A DNA stretch of 58,081 nt from the NCBI GenBank assembly GCA_036502465.1, contig DASXYO010000163.1:1-58081 (forward strand), written 5' to 3'. This document shows positions 38,078 to 47,240 of this stretch, in pieces. This DNA comes from Chthoniobacterales bacterium (GTDB lineage Bacteria > Verrucomicrobiota > Verrucomicrobiia > Chthoniobacterales > UBA10450). Made by a program: the position numbers and the translations under genes. A model generated the notes under the pieces. The model was not told the DNA's origin and searched no databases. It saw only the letters and a list, made by a program, of their open reading frames with translations. Position 1 is the stretch's first letter; each line of letters begins with the position of its first letter.

Positions 38078-39430
38078 TTAGGCTAGGGATTTTCTCATTG
38101 CTCGCTGGAGGAGGAAAAGGATCGACGCCGCGGCCAGGACCAGAGCGGTGACCGTCAGTTCCTGTCCAGTCGCCTGGGCGAGAATCGTGAGACTGATCAC
38201 TATCCCTGACACGGGGAAGATCCAGGCCCCAGAAAAGTGGAACGGCTGGGTGGTCGCCGCAGTTTCACGCCGCATCAGGCGAAGGGCCGCGCCGCAGGAG
38301 AGAAAATAAAGCACCAGGACCGCCACGTTTGAGAGAACAGCGAGTTGCTGAAACGTGGAACTGAGGGAGAGAACGGCGGCGATCGCGCAATAGGTCAGAA
38401 TCGCGACGTCCGGCGTTCGAAAACGAGCGTGCACATGTGCGAACGCTCGTGGAAGAAAGCGATCGCGACCGAAGGCAAAGAGAACCCGCGGTGAGCTGAG
38501 AACGTCGCTCGCGAGAAAACCAAACGCGGAAATGCTGGCTCCGGTCAGCATCAAGGTGCGTCCGGGTTCGCCGAGAAAATGGGAGGCGGCCTGGGCGAGG
38601 GGAGCGGTGGGATATTTCCCGAGGCTGTCGCCGAGGAGACCTTGCGCGACCAATTGGATGAGGAGGTAAAGGACGGTCGTGACGCCAAGCGCGAGATAAA
38701 TCGCGCGCGGCACGGTGCGCGACGGATCCTTCACTTCCCCGCTCGGCATAAGCGCGACTTCGATCCCGACGAAAGCGAAAAGGAGGAGAAGCACCCCGCG
38801 ACCGAGGGGCTGGGCTCCCGGCCAGGTAATCGTTAGGGCGTCGGCCTGCCTAACGAAAAAGATCCCCGCGAAAACGAAAATAAAAAGCGGGACAAGCTTG
38901 GCGATGGTCACGATCCAGACGGCACGGGCGCCGGATTTCACCCCGCGGATGTTGACCCAGGCGAGCGAACCGAAAACGAGGAGGACGACCAGGAAGTGCA
39001 TGACGCCGTGGGCGAAAATCGGTGCCATCGCCCCGATTGTATCCGCGAAGAGCGCAACGATCCCCGAGGAAGCGAGGATCGCGGTCAGAAAATAAAGTAC
39101 GCCGGCGATGAAGCCGACGTAGCGGCCGAAGGCGCTTTCGACGTAGGCGTAAAGCCCCCCGGTCGCGGAGACGCGGCTTCCGGCGATCGCGAAGGAAGTG
39201 ACAAAAATCGCCATGGCCGCCGCACAGATAAGGAAGGCAAGCGGCGCGCCGGTCCCGAGCTGCGCCGCGATCAAGGCGGGCAGCGCGAAAATTCCCGCGC
39301 CCACGGTCGAGTTCACGATATTCGCCGCCAGACTCGGGACGCCGAGGGCGCGGACAAGTTGTGCTTCGTCGGCGGGTTCAGCGGGTGCGTCCATGCGTCG
39401 CAGGCTGCGCAAATGCATTCCTTCCGGCAA
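38078..39430 (-). CDS. APC-family amino acid permease
   Basis: About 12 predicted TM segments. N-terminal APC-like motif (NIVNSTVGAGIF). The start is uncertain (39430, 39418 or 39394). Confidence 0.8.
   Translation of the reverse strand: MPEGMHLRSLRRMDAPAEPADEAQLVRALGVPSLAANIVNSTVGAGIFALPALIAAQLGTGAPLAFLICAAAMAIFVTSFAIAGSRVSATGGLYAYVESAFGRYVGFIAGVLYFLTAILASSGIVALFADTIGAMAPIFAHGVMHFLVVLLVFGSLAWVNIRGVKSGARAVWIVTIAKLVPLFIFVFAGIFFVRQADALTITWPGAQPLGRGVLLLLFAFVGIEVALMPSGEVKDPSRTVPRAIYLALGVTTVLYLLIQLVAQGLLGDSLGKYPTAPLAQAASHFLGEPGRTLMLTGASISAFGFLASDVLSSPRVLFAFGRDRFLPRAFAHVHARFRTPDVAILTYCAIAAVLSLSSTFQQLAVLSNVAVLVLYFLSCGAALRLMRRETAATTQPFHFSGAWIFPVSGIVISLTILAQATGQELTVTALVLAAASILFLLQRAMRKSLA
38830..38856. 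repeat. Inverted pair of the abundant motif (TCGTTAGG-11 nt-CCTAACGA), hairpin-competent
   Basis: TCGTTAGGgcgtcggcctgCCTAACGA, inside the permease coding sequence. Confidence 0.9.
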
Positions 39431-39471
39431 GTCGTTAGTTGTCGTCGCGCGAAGCTGTTCTACTCTTCGAG

Positions 39472-40815
39472 ATGCGCGATTCTTATCTTGAGGAGTTTTT
39501 TACCTTCCTGCGTTTTCCCAGCATTTCGACCGATGATGCCTACAACGGAAAGCTCGGCGAATGCGCGCAATGGCTGGTTGAAAAGCTGAACGGAATAGGG
39601 CTCGAGACCAAGCTCGTTCGCACCAAGGGGCATCCGGTTGTTTGGGCGAAAAACAAACATCAGCCGGGCCGCAAAACCGTCATGATTTACGGGCACTACG
39701 ATGTCCAGCCGCCCGATCCGCTCGAGCTCTGGGACTCGCCGCCTTTCGAGCCGGTTTTGAAAAACGGATACGTTTACGCCCGGGGCGCGACGGACAACAA
39801 AGGGCAGATCCTCGCCCACATTCTCGGCATCCAGGAAACGCTCGCGGAAAAGGGCGATCTTCCGGTCAATCTCCACCTCATCATCGAGGGCGAAGAAGAA
39901 ATCGGGAGCGGCAATCTGCCGGGATTTCTGAAGGATCATCGTGATGATTTGAAATGCGACGTGGCGGTCGTCTCGGACACCGGCATGATCGCGCGCGGCG
40001 TGCCGACCTTGAGCTACGGATTGCGTGGCGTGACCGCTTGCGAGGTGAAAATCACCGGGTCGAAGATGGATTTGCATTCCGGCGTGTTCGGCGGGGCGGT
40101 GGCGAACTCTGTGACGGCGCTCGCGCAATTGCTCGCGACCCTGCACGACGAGAACGGCCACGTCGCGGTCGAAGGCTTCTACGACGACGTGAAACCGCTC
40201 GAGGATTGGGAGCGCGAGGCCTGGAGGAAGTTGCCGATCGATGGCGACGAGGAAATTCTCAATGAGACCGGCTCGCCGGCGCTTTTCGGCGAGAAAGGCT
40301 TTAGCACCTTGGAGCGAATCTGGGCGCGTCCCACTGCGGAAATCAATGGGATCGGCGGCGGGTATCAGGGGAAGGGGACGAAGACGGTGATCGCGAGTCA
40401 CGCGATGGCGAAACTGACTTTCCGTCTCGTGCCTAACCAGGATGGCGACACGATTTTGAAGCAGGTCCGGAAGCACCTGGAAAAACACCTTCCGCCCGGC
40501 GTGACAATGGAAATCGTCGATGGCCATAGCGGGCCGTGGTATTTGACCGATCCGCACGCGACCTTTGGCGAAGCCGCCCAGCGCGCTCTGAAAGCGGCCT
40601 TCCAAAAAGATGTCGCCCTCATCCGCGAAGGCGGCAGCATCCCGATCGTTTCGCAATTCCGAGATATTCTCGGGGTCGAGACCCTTCTCTTGGGCCTCGC
40701 CCTGGCCGATTGCCGGGCGCATTCGCCTAACGAGAACTTTCCGCTCGAGAACCTGGAAGCCGGGATCAAGATGAACAAGGCGATCCTGCAGGAGCTCGGC
40801 GCAGCTGCTCGTTAG
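39472..40815 (+). CDS. M20-family metallo-dipeptidase
   Basis: M20 motifs (YGHYDVQP; RGATDNKGQ; IEGEEEIGS). Start set at the ATG at 39472 (39439 is also possible). The TAG stop lies inside a TCGTTAGG copy. Confidence 0.85.
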   Translation: MRDSYLEEFFTFLRFPSISTDDAYNGKLGECAQWLVEKLNGIGLETKLVRTKGHPVVWAKNKHQPGRKTVMIYGHYDVQPPDPLELWDSPPFEPVLKNGYVYARGATDNKGQILAHILGIQETLAEKGDLPVNLHLIIEGEEEIGSGNLPGFLKDHRDDLKCDVAVVSDTGMIARGVPTLSYGLRGVTACEVKITGSKMDLHSGVFGGAVANSVTALAQLLATLHDENGHVAVEGFYDDVKPLEDWEREAWRKLPIDGDEEILNETGSPALFGEKGFSTLERIWARPTAEINGIGGGYQGKGTKTVIASHAMAKLTFRLVPNQDGDTILKQVRKHLEKHLPPGVTMEIVDGHSGPWYLTDPHATFGEAAQRALKAAFQKDVALIREGGSIPIVSQFRDILGVETLLLGLALADCRAHSPNENFPLENLEAGIKMNKAILQELGAAAR

Positions 40816-40833
40816 GCCTCGACACAAATTTTC

Positions 40834-41805
40834 ATGGCCCGCCGGACGCGATGCAGGCTTCGAGATCGCGCGTTCGCGCTTGCTCTTGGCCTGCTTTTTC
40901 TGCCGGCTCCCGTTTTCGACCTGAAGGCGGAGGAACCTTCGTTAGGCGAAAAAATCAAACGAATTTTCGCCACCCCGACGCCGACTCCAGCCCGCCGCCA
41001 CAGGAAGACAACCAGGAAAAGCTCTCCCACGCCTTCCCCGAGTCCGACCCCTCGACGGAAGCACAAGGCCTCGCCCACGCCCGCCGAAGAAGAAACGCCC
41101 AAACCGAAAAAGAGGAAATCGTCGCCGACTCCCTCGCCCAGCCCGTCACCGAGTCCGACGGAAACACCGTCGCCAACTCCCACTCCCGAAGAATCACCGA
41201 GTCCGACGCCATCGCCGACCGCGACTCCCAAAGTCGCCTCGGTGGCGCCAGATGAAATTGCTGGATTCGACAAAAATCCCGAGCCGGTGCGCAAATTACT
41301 GACCGCCGCACTCGAGCTGACAAAGCGCAATCTCGATTACAAATACGGTTCGGCCGATCCGGCCGATGGCGGGATGGATTGTTCCGGCTTCATCTATTTC
41401 GTCCTGCGCGAAAATGGAGTGAAAGACGTGCCGCGCGACGCGAGCGGGCAGTATGTCTGGGTGCGGAAAGCCGGAAATTTCCGCGCGGTTCTGAGTCGCG
41501 AGATCGATTCGTTCGAACTCGATGAACTCAAGCCGGGTGACCTCCTTTTCTGGACTGGCACCTACAGCGTGGAGCGCGATCCGCCGGTCACCCACACCAT
41601 GATTTATCTCGGGAAACAAAAGGATTCCGGCAAACCGATCATGGTCGGGGCCAGCGACGGCCGAACTTACGAAGGCCAGCAGCAGTTCGGAGTCAGCGTC
41701 TTCGATTTCAAGGCCGCGCCTTCCAAGAAGGCAGCCCCCTCGGGGATCCATCCGCGCTTTGTCGGCTACGCCAAGATTCCCGGTCTCGGCGAGACGAGCC
41801 CGTGA
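40834..41805 (+). CDS. NlpC/P60-family cell-wall peptidase with a long Pro/Ser/Thr-rich linker
   Basis: Signal sequence, then a PSPTP-type low-complexity region, then a C-terminal C40 domain ([13 protein letters not shown]...HTMIYLG). Confidence 0.8.
   Translation: MARRTRCRLRDRAFALALGLLFLPAPVFDLKAEEPSLGEKIKRIFATPTPTPARRHRKTTRKSSPTPSPSPTPRRKHKASPTPAEEETPKPKKRKSSPTPSPSPSPSPTETPSPTPTPEESPSPTPSPTATPKVASVAPDEIAGFDKNPEPVRKLLTAALELTKRNLDYKYGSADPADGGMDCSGFIYFVLRENGVKDVPRDASGQYVWVRKAGNFRAVLSREIDSFELDELKPGDLLFWTGTYSVERDPPVTHTMIYLGKQKDSGKPIMVGASDGRTYEGQQQFGVSVFDFKAAPSKKAAPSGIHPRFVGYAKIPGLGETSP
40969..41239 (+). repeat. Low-complexity coding repeat (Pro/Ser/Thr; SPTP/SPSP units) within the NlpC/P60 gene
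   Basis: Translated tract [54 protein letters not shown]. Confidence 0.8.
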
Positions 41806-41808
41806 ATT

Positions 41809-41988
41809 CTATTTCGGGCTCTTCGCTGGTGTCGCCTGCACGGCCTCGTTAGGCGAGTGTGGTTGCGAATCCCGATGGCGGTAGTGCTGAGTGAGTAACC
41901 CCAGAATTACGGCCAGAACGATAAAGGCGATCGTGCGCTGTTCCTGGCGCGTCAGGACGAACATTCCGAATCTGGAGCGCAGGCTCAT
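41809..41988 (-). CDS. Small (59 aa) single-TM protein translationally coupled to queC (below the ORF-track length cut-off)
   Basis: My own translation is [59 protein letters not shown]. Its ATG overlaps the queC TGA (ATGA at 41985-41988). There is one clear hydrophobic helix. Confidence 0.35.
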   Translation of the reverse strand: MSLRSRFGMFVLTRQEQRTIAFIVLAVILGLLTQHYRHRDSQPHSPNEAVQATPAKSPK

Positions 41989-42668
41989 CTTGCGTAGGAA
42001 ATCGGATCGGTCAGACCGGCTTCACGAAAGCCTTTCAGCCGCAGCTGGCAGGAATCGCACAGGCCGCAAGCGCGTCCATCCGGTGTCGGGTCGTAGCAAC
42101 TGTGAGTAAGGGAATAATCCACCCCTAACGAAACCCCGCGTTCGATGATCTGCGCCTTGCTCAGGGCGAGAAGCGGGGCGTGCACCTTGAAGCGCGCACC
42201 TTCCACGCCGGCGCGGGTTGCGAGGTTGGCCAGCTCCTCGAAAGCGCGGATGAATTCCGGCCGGCAATCGGGGTAGCCGCTGTAATCGATCGCGTTCGCG
42301 CCGATAAAAATATCCGTCGCGCCGAGCACCTCGGCCCAACCAAGCGCGTAGGAGAGAAAAATAGTGTTCCGCGCCGGCACGTAAGTGATCGGAATTCCAC
42401 TCGCCATTTCACTGGCGGATCGCGCCTGTGGGACGGCAAGATCATCAGTCAGGGCGGAACCGCCGAAAGCACGCAGATCGATCTCCACGCAACGGTGCTC
42501 GGTCGCGCCTAACGAGGCGGCCACGGTCTCGGCCGCGGCCAGTTCGCGTCCGTGCCGCTGGCCGTAGCGGAAGGAAAGCGCGTAAACCTCGAAGCCTTCG
42601 GTGCGGGCGATGGCCAGGACGGTTGCGGAATCCAGGCCGCCGCTGAGGAGGACGACTGCGCGCTTCAT
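41985..42668 (-). CDS. queC: 7-cyano-7-deazaguanine synthase QueC
   Basis: PP-loop motif ([12 protein letters not shown]) and C-terminal zinc Cys cluster ([10 protein letters not shown]). Confidence 0.9.
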   Translation of the reverse strand: MKRAVVLLSGGLDSATVLAIARTEGFEVYALSFRYGQRHGRELAAAETVAASLGATEHRCVEIDLRAFGGSALTDDLAVPQARSASEMASGIPITYVPARNTIFLSYALGWAEVLGATDIFIGANAIDYSGYPDCRPEFIRAFEELANLATRAGVEGARFKVHAPLLALSKAQIIERGVSLGVDYSLTHSCYDPTPDGRACGLCDSCQLRLKGFREAGLTDPISYAR

Positions 42669-43096
42669 CAGGCTCCGTCGTCGTCCAGGTCGGGATGAAT
42701 CGCTCTTATCGTTAGGCTAATTCCACCGCGCGAGGCGAACTCGGCCTGCACAATCATTCGTCGTGGAGCACAAGCCTCAACCAGGTCATCGAGGATTTGG
42801 TTGGTCACGGCTTCGTTGAAAGCGCGCTTGTTCCGATAGGACGCGAGATAGAACTTGAGGGACTTCGTCTCCAGGCAGCGCGCGCCTGGCTGATAATCAA
42901 TCTGGATTTGCGCGAAATCGGCCTGGCCGGTGATCGGGCAAAGCGAGGTGAAATCGGCCGATTGAAATTGGATCCAATAAGGACGCTGCGCCGGATTGGC
43001 GAACGTTTCGAGGATGGCCACGGAGGGACTGCGCGGAACGGACGTTTCGCTGCGCCCGAGGAGAGTCAGACCTTTCGGTTTTCGCTTTTTGGCCAT
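42668..43096 (-). CDS. queF: NADPH-dependent 7-cyano-7-deazaguanine reductase QueF (unimodular type)
   Basis: Catalytic Cys context ([13 protein letters not shown]) and QueF motif ([14 protein letters not shown]). 1-nt TGATG overlap with queC. Confidence 0.9.
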   Translation of the reverse strand: MAKKRKPKGLTLLGRSETSVPRSPSVAILETFANPAQRPYWIQFQSADFTSLCPITGQADFAQIQIDYQPGARCLETKSLKFYLASYRNKRAFNEAVTNQILDDLVEACAPRRMIVQAEFASRGGISLTIRAIHPDLDDDGA

Positions 43097-43154
43097 GCGC
43101 CACTAAACCGGAGTCATCCCGGCCGTTCAATCGTTTTCACGAACGGCGCTGTCG

Positions 43155-44027
43155 TTAGTCTGGATGCTCCAGCTTGCGATTGAGCAGGGCGCGCTTGCGG
43201 TCGCCCACGCCGTGGTAGTTCCAATAGTCGACCTTCAAGCTGCGCTTGAGCTGGAGCTGACTCCCGTCCGCCGCCTGCCAGGTCCGAAGGAGATAGGGAA
43301 AATCGCGGTCGAGCACGAAACGGTCGATTCCGCCGTTATGGGTAACGGTGACGTAGATCGCCCGTTCGGTGGACTCGAAATGCACCTGCGCCGGTTTCCA
43401 GACGAGCTTGTCTTTTTTCGAATTGATGATGCCAGGTGCGAGCTGGATCTCGAAGTCGCCGCTCGGTTTCGAGAAATCGATCGTCCGCACCCGCAGCGGA
43501 AGCTCGTCGTAAAAGAATCCGTTAGGCGGGAGCGTGACCTTTTCGCGTCCCTCGGCCATGCCATCCCAATAGGTGTGCCATTGATAATGGAAAATTTCGC
43601 CGCCCCGGCGCGCTTCCTTGTAGGTGTTGCCACAGCTGTCGTTGCTCGTTAGGGAAAATTTGGCGAGACGCCCGTTGTCCGCGCGCCAGAAGTTGGAGTG
43701 CATCTGCTGGTAAACGTAAAGCCCGGTCGGGATGTGCAGGATCTGGTTCATTTTCAGCACCTGGATCGTGCCCGGCCGCTGCCAATCGTCCGATTTGACG
43801 AACTGTTTCAAATCAAAAGGCTCGCGCACCAGGATGTGCAGAATCTCCGTCTGGCGCGGCTGGCCGTAGCGCACGATCTGGCCGTCGTAGATGTCGAATT
43901 CGGCTTTGCCGTCGTTCCAATAACTGGCGTTGGCGATGAACGCAGGACTGAACTGGGCGACGGCTGCGCTCGGATCGAGAGCCAGGCAAAAAGCAGCGAT
44001 GAAAACGTTTCGGAGGACGTTGTTCAT
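43155..44027 (-). CDS. Secreted hypothetical protein (290 aa)
   Basis: Signal peptide (FIAAFCLALDPSAAVAQ). Non-repetitive, Trp/Tyr-rich sequence. I recognise no family. Lies 58 nt upstream of queF on the same strand. Confidence 0.5.
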   Translation of the reverse strand: MNNVLRNVFIAAFCLALDPSAAVAQFSPAFIANASYWNDGKAEFDIYDGQIVRYGQPRQTEILHILVREPFDLKQFVKSDDWQRPGTIQVLKMNQILHIPTGLYVYQQMHSNFWRADNGRLAKFSLTSNDSCGNTYKEARRGGEIFHYQWHTYWDGMAEGREKVTLPPNGFFYDELPLRVRTIDFSKPSGDFEIQLAPGIINSKKDKLVWKPAQVHFESTERAIYVTVTHNGGIDRFVLDRDFPYLLRTWQAADGSQLQLKRSLKVDYWNYHGVGDRKRALLNRKLEHPD

Positions 44028-44082
44028 GCAGCCAAAGCTTCCGGCTTGCGATCGACCGGCGCAAGCGGGATGGTCGCGCTAC

Positions 44083-44472
44083 ATGGCTTCTTTGGAAGGA
44101 CCGGAACCCGTCGGCGTCGAGCGCGCCGATGTGATTGATTTCTTCGCGCACGATACCAAGCGCGACGAAGTGCTCCTCGCGATGTACGAGTCGCGGCCGT
44201 GGGATAATTCGGATCTGCAGCTCTTCCAAGTGCAGGAAAAATTTAATTCCTATGTCTCCTTTCTCCTCGACGGCGAATTGGCCGAAGCGCATCCGGAATT
44301 GTCGGGAAAGAACGCGCGGATCGAGCTGCGCTGCGCGGAAATGCCGGAAGGGCGCATCCTGGATTTGCTGCACGCGATTCACGACCAGCTCGCGCTCCAG
44401 GAGATTCCGGTCGAGGTGATAGCGGAAGATCGCAGCGGGAGTTGCGGAGCCGGCTGCAGCTGCGGGCACTAG
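44083..44472 (+). CDS. Small acidic hypothetical protein with a Cys/Gly-rich C-terminus
   Basis: ORF with a plausible ATG at 44083. The longer ORF-track model would overlap the divergent gene start. The tail is GSCGAGCSCGH. I recognise no family. Confidence 0.4.
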   Translation: MASLEGPEPVGVERADVIDFFAHDTKRDEVLLAMYESRPWDNSDLQLFQVQEKFNSYVSFLLDGELAEAHPELSGKNARIELRCAEMPEGRILDLLHAIHDQLALQEIPVEVIAEDRSGSCGAGCSCGH

Positions 44473-44999
44473 TATTTCAGGAAGCTGACCACCGGCGTCG
44501 GGTCGAGTTTTTCGCGTCCATGCAGGAACTCGAGCTCGATGAGAAACTGCGCTTCCAGCAGGTCGCCGCCGATTTTTTTGATCAAAGCCGCCGCTGCCGC
44601 GGAAGTGCCGCCGGTCGCGAGCAGGTCATCGATGAGCACGATTTTTTCGCCGGGCTCGATGCTGTCGACGTGCATCTCCATTTCGGCATCGCCGTACTCG
44701 AGTGAATAGGCCGCGCTCGCTGTCTTGAACGGGAGTTTTCCTTTCTTGCGGATCGGGACGAACCCGACCCCGAGCGCGTAGGCGACGGCCGAGCCGAAGA
44801 GAAATCCGCGTGCGTCGATTCCGACCACTTTGTCGATCGGGAGCGTGCGGCAGCGCGCGAGGAAAATGTCGATCGATTCGCGGAAGAGCTGCGCGTCGAC
44901 CAGGATGGGCGTGATGTCTTTAAAAACGATGCCGTGTTTCGGAAAATTGGGAACGTCGCGAATTCCCGCGTGCAAACGAGCGATCGAATCAACAGCCAT
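44469..44999 (-). CDS. apt: Adenine phosphoribosyltransferase
   Basis: PRTase motifs (VVGIDARGFLFG; VLIDDLLATGGT). 176 aa. Confidence 0.9.
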   Translation of the reverse strand: MAVDSIARLHAGIRDVPNFPKHGIVFKDITPILVDAQLFRESIDIFLARCRTLPIDKVVGIDARGFLFGSAVAYALGVGFVPIRKKGKLPFKTASAAYSLEYGDAEMEMHVDSIEPGEKIVLIDDLLATGGTSAAAAALIKKIGGDLLEAQFLIELEFLHGREKLDPTPVVSFLKY

Positions 45000-45080
45000 G
45001 GCCCGAGGCTAGCGGGCCGAGGCGAATCGTCAACGCCCCGCTCGCGGGGTCACTAAAGAGGCGGGATGGCGCGGCGGCTC

Positions 45081-45293
45081 CTAGAAAGTGAGCGCCTGCT
45101 GGCGCCCATCGGGTCCGATGCGAACCCGGACACAGGCATCGCTCGGATCGCGTCCTGTGTGATAGCGCTGCCATTCGGCCATCGCCCTCGTCCTTAGCTT
45201 GGCGTAGCTCTGGTCCAGCGCCCGCTGCAGTCCCTGCGCTTCCCTGCTTGTCGCGTTCTCCGCCCCGTTTGTCCTTCGCGCCAACGTTTTCAT
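45081..45293 (-). CDS. Possible small hypothetical protein (70 aa)
   Basis: ATG at 45293 within a 385-bp spacer, divergent from the hem operon. There is no homology evidence and it could be spurious. Confidence 0.25.
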   Translation of the reverse strand: MKTLARRTNGAENATSREAQGLQRALDQSYAKLRTRAMAEWQRYHTGRDPSDACVRVRIGPDGRQQALTF

Positions 45294-45384
45294 GTCGGAA
45301 GTCGAAAAGCAGGAAGCGCGCCTACCTCGGTCGGACCTGAACTCGGATTGCCAAGCGGCATGCCGCCTTTTACCTTCGAGACCG

Positions 45385-46176
45385 ATGGATCGCTCGCTCC
45401 TGATCATCTCAACGCTCTTTTTTTTCCTCGCCATGGTCCGGACGACGATCGCGATCAGGGCGCGTAGTTATCGAGCGGCCGGCTTCAATTTTTCCACCAT
45501 TGCGCTCGGGTTTGTTTTCCAGACAGCTTTCCTCTCGGTCCGTGGGCACGCGCTGGGACGCTGTCCGCTGACGAATCTCTTTGAAGTTTTTGTCTTTCTC
45601 GCCTGGTCGGTTTCGCTCATTTATCTGCTTATCGGACCGGCCTACCGGCTCTCGCTGATGGGGGCATTTACGGCGCCTTTTGTTTTTGTTCTCCAGGGAT
45701 TTGCTCTCCTCGCACCGATTGACGTGCCGCATCCCCCAGGCTCTTCGCCTTCACCATGGCTGGAAATACACGCCTCGGTCTCGCTCATCGCCTACGGGGC
45801 CTTCGCCCTCGCCTGCGTCGCAGGTCTCATGTATTTGCTCCAGGAGCGCCAGCTCAAGTCGCGGCAGATCAATTCCATGTTTTATCATTTTCCCCCACTG
45901 ACGGATCTTTTCGCGGCTATCACCCGGCTGCTCTGGCTCGGATTCATTCTCCTGACGCTCGGGATCGCAGCCGGGTTTCTGACCGGACAACCGCTCCCGT
46001 ACGTGAAAATCGCCTGGTCGTTAGGCGTGTGGACGTTCTACGCGGCGATTTTGCTCGCGCGTCACCTCCGTACAACTGCGCCGCGCCGGATCGCGACGCT
46101 TTGTGTTCTAGCTTTTAGTGCCGCGCTTACGCTACTCTGGGGCATCACGTTTCTTGCGCAGACCCACGCGCTCTGA
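45385..46176 (+). CDS. Cytochrome c assembly (CcsA/HemX-like) membrane protein preceding hemA
   Basis: Polytopic membrane protein with a CcsA-family-like pattern. Its stop overlaps the hemA start (TGATG). Start set at the ATG at 45385. Confidence 0.7.
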   Translation: MDRSLLIISTLFFFLAMVRTTIAIRARSYRAAGFNFSTIALGFVFQTAFLSVRGHALGRCPLTNLFEVFVFLAWSVSLIYLLIGPAYRLSLMGAFTAPFVFVLQGFALLAPIDVPHPPGSSPSPWLEIHASVSLIAYGAFALACVAGLMYLLQERQLKSRQINSMFYHFPPLTDLFAAITRLLWLGFILLTLGIAAGFLTGQPLPYVKIAWSLGVWTFYAAILLARHLRTTAPRRIATLCVLAFSAALTLLWGITFLAQTHAL

Positions 46177-47240
46177 TGAATCTCTTCTGCGTTGGCCTCA
46201 GCCATCACACCGCAAATGTCGAAACGCGCGAACGTTTCCTCGGGCACGCCGCGATCGATCGCGTATTGCGTGAAAAAGTGGGATGTTCGGAGGCGCTTTT
46301 CCTTACCACCTGTAATCGGGTCGAAGTCTACGCTGCGGCCGAGCAACCGATCACGACGCAACGGATCGCGCAGTGCCTGCTCGCAGAGGGCATGATGCCG
46401 GAGGACGATCAAATGGGGGCCTTCTATCGCCATGAAGCGCAACAATGTGTGCAGCATCTTTTCCGGGTCGCGTCCGGGCTCGACTCGATGGTGATCGGCG
46501 AGACCGAGATTCTCGGGCAGGCCAAGAAGGCTTACGAAGCGGCGCGGGAATCCGGCGCCGCGGGGCCATTTTTGCACCGGCTTTTCCAGCGCGCCTTTCG
46601 TGTCGCGAAGCAGGTTCGCACGCGGACCGGGATCACGCGCGGGGCGGTTTCGATCGGGTCGGTGGCGGTGGATCTGGCGGAACAAATTTTCGGGCACTTC
46701 GAAACGCGCCGAGTGCTTCTGCTCGGCGCGGGCGAAGCAAGCGAGCGGACCGCTCGTGCGCTGGTCAAGCGCGGGGTGCGCGACATTCGGGTCACAAATC
46801 GTTCGCCGGAGCGAGCGGAGGCGCTCGCGGCGCTTGTCGGCGGACGCGCGGTGGCGATGGAAGAATGGGAGATCCACTGTCGCGAGGTCGACATCCTCAT
46901 TTCATCGACCGCTTCTCTCGCGCCGATCGTGACCTGTGAAAATCTGGCGCCGCTTTTGCATAACCGCCTCGACCGGCCGCTTTTTATTATCGACATCGCC
47001 GTCCCGCGCGACGTGGCACCGGAAGTCCACGACATGGAAGGCGTTTTTCTTTACGACATCGACTCGCTGCAATCGATCGCGCAGCAATCCCTCGCTTTGC
47101 GCCGGCAGCAGGTCGCGGCCGGCGAGGAGATCATTGCCCGGCACGTCGAAGATTTTAGCGGTTGGTTCGCTTCGGCGCGGGGACGGAGATTGAATCCGCC
47201 CGGAATAAGCGACTCGGCATTGCGCGCCTCGGAAAGCTGA
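46176..47240 (+). CDS. hemA: Glutamyl-tRNA reductase
   Basis: N-terminus (GLSHHTANVETRERF; TCNRVEVY) and NADPH Rossmann motif (VLLLGAGEASERTA). Confidence 0.9.
   Translation: MNLFCVGLSHHTANVETRERFLGHAAIDRVLREKVGCSEALFLTTCNRVEVYAAAEQPITTQRIAQCLLAEGMMPEDDQMGAFYRHEAQQCVQHLFRVASGLDSMVIGETEILGQAKKAYEAARESGAAGPFLHRLFQRAFRVAKQVRTRTGITRGAVSIGSVAVDLAEQIFGHFETRRVLLLGAGEASERTARALVKRGVRDIRVTNRSPERAEALAALVGGRAVAMEEWEIHCREVDILISSTASLAPIVTCENLAPLLHNRLDRPLFIIDIAVPRDVAPEVHDMEGVFLYDIDSLQSIAQQSLALRRQQVAAGEEIIARHVEDFSGWFASARGRRLNPPGISDSALRASES

Noticed and set aside
39460-40827. Very long antisense ORFs opposite well-supported genes. Examples: 39460-40827 (-) versus the M20 peptidase; 24044-24868 (+) versus ald; 4361-5359 (-) versus poxB; 7948-9135 (-) versus the FAD/Fe-S gene; 12860-13753 (-) and 13614-14453 (-) versus actB/actC; 21685-22425 (-) versus the lipid kinase; 37282-38010 (+) versus smc; 57018-57617 (-) versus the ClpX-like gene.
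   Set aside because: Stop-poor antisense frames are typical of GC-rich DNA. Their translations are Arg/Ala/Gly/Pro-rich with no family motifs, while the opposite strand encodes clearly recognisable conserved proteins.
41985-43096. QueC as part of a QatABCD-like defence system or a 7-deazaguanine DNA-modification cluster.
   Set aside because: QueC is overlapped with a canonical QueF (preQ0 reductase). There is no QatA/B/D, DpdA or TatD-like partner. This is the standard queuosine precursor pathway.
43097-43154. A possible preQ1 riboswitch upstream of queF.
   Set aside because: The spacer is only 58 nt and lacks the A-rich tail and ACUA(A/G)GG-type pseudoknot signature. queF may simply be co-transcribed with the upstream gene.
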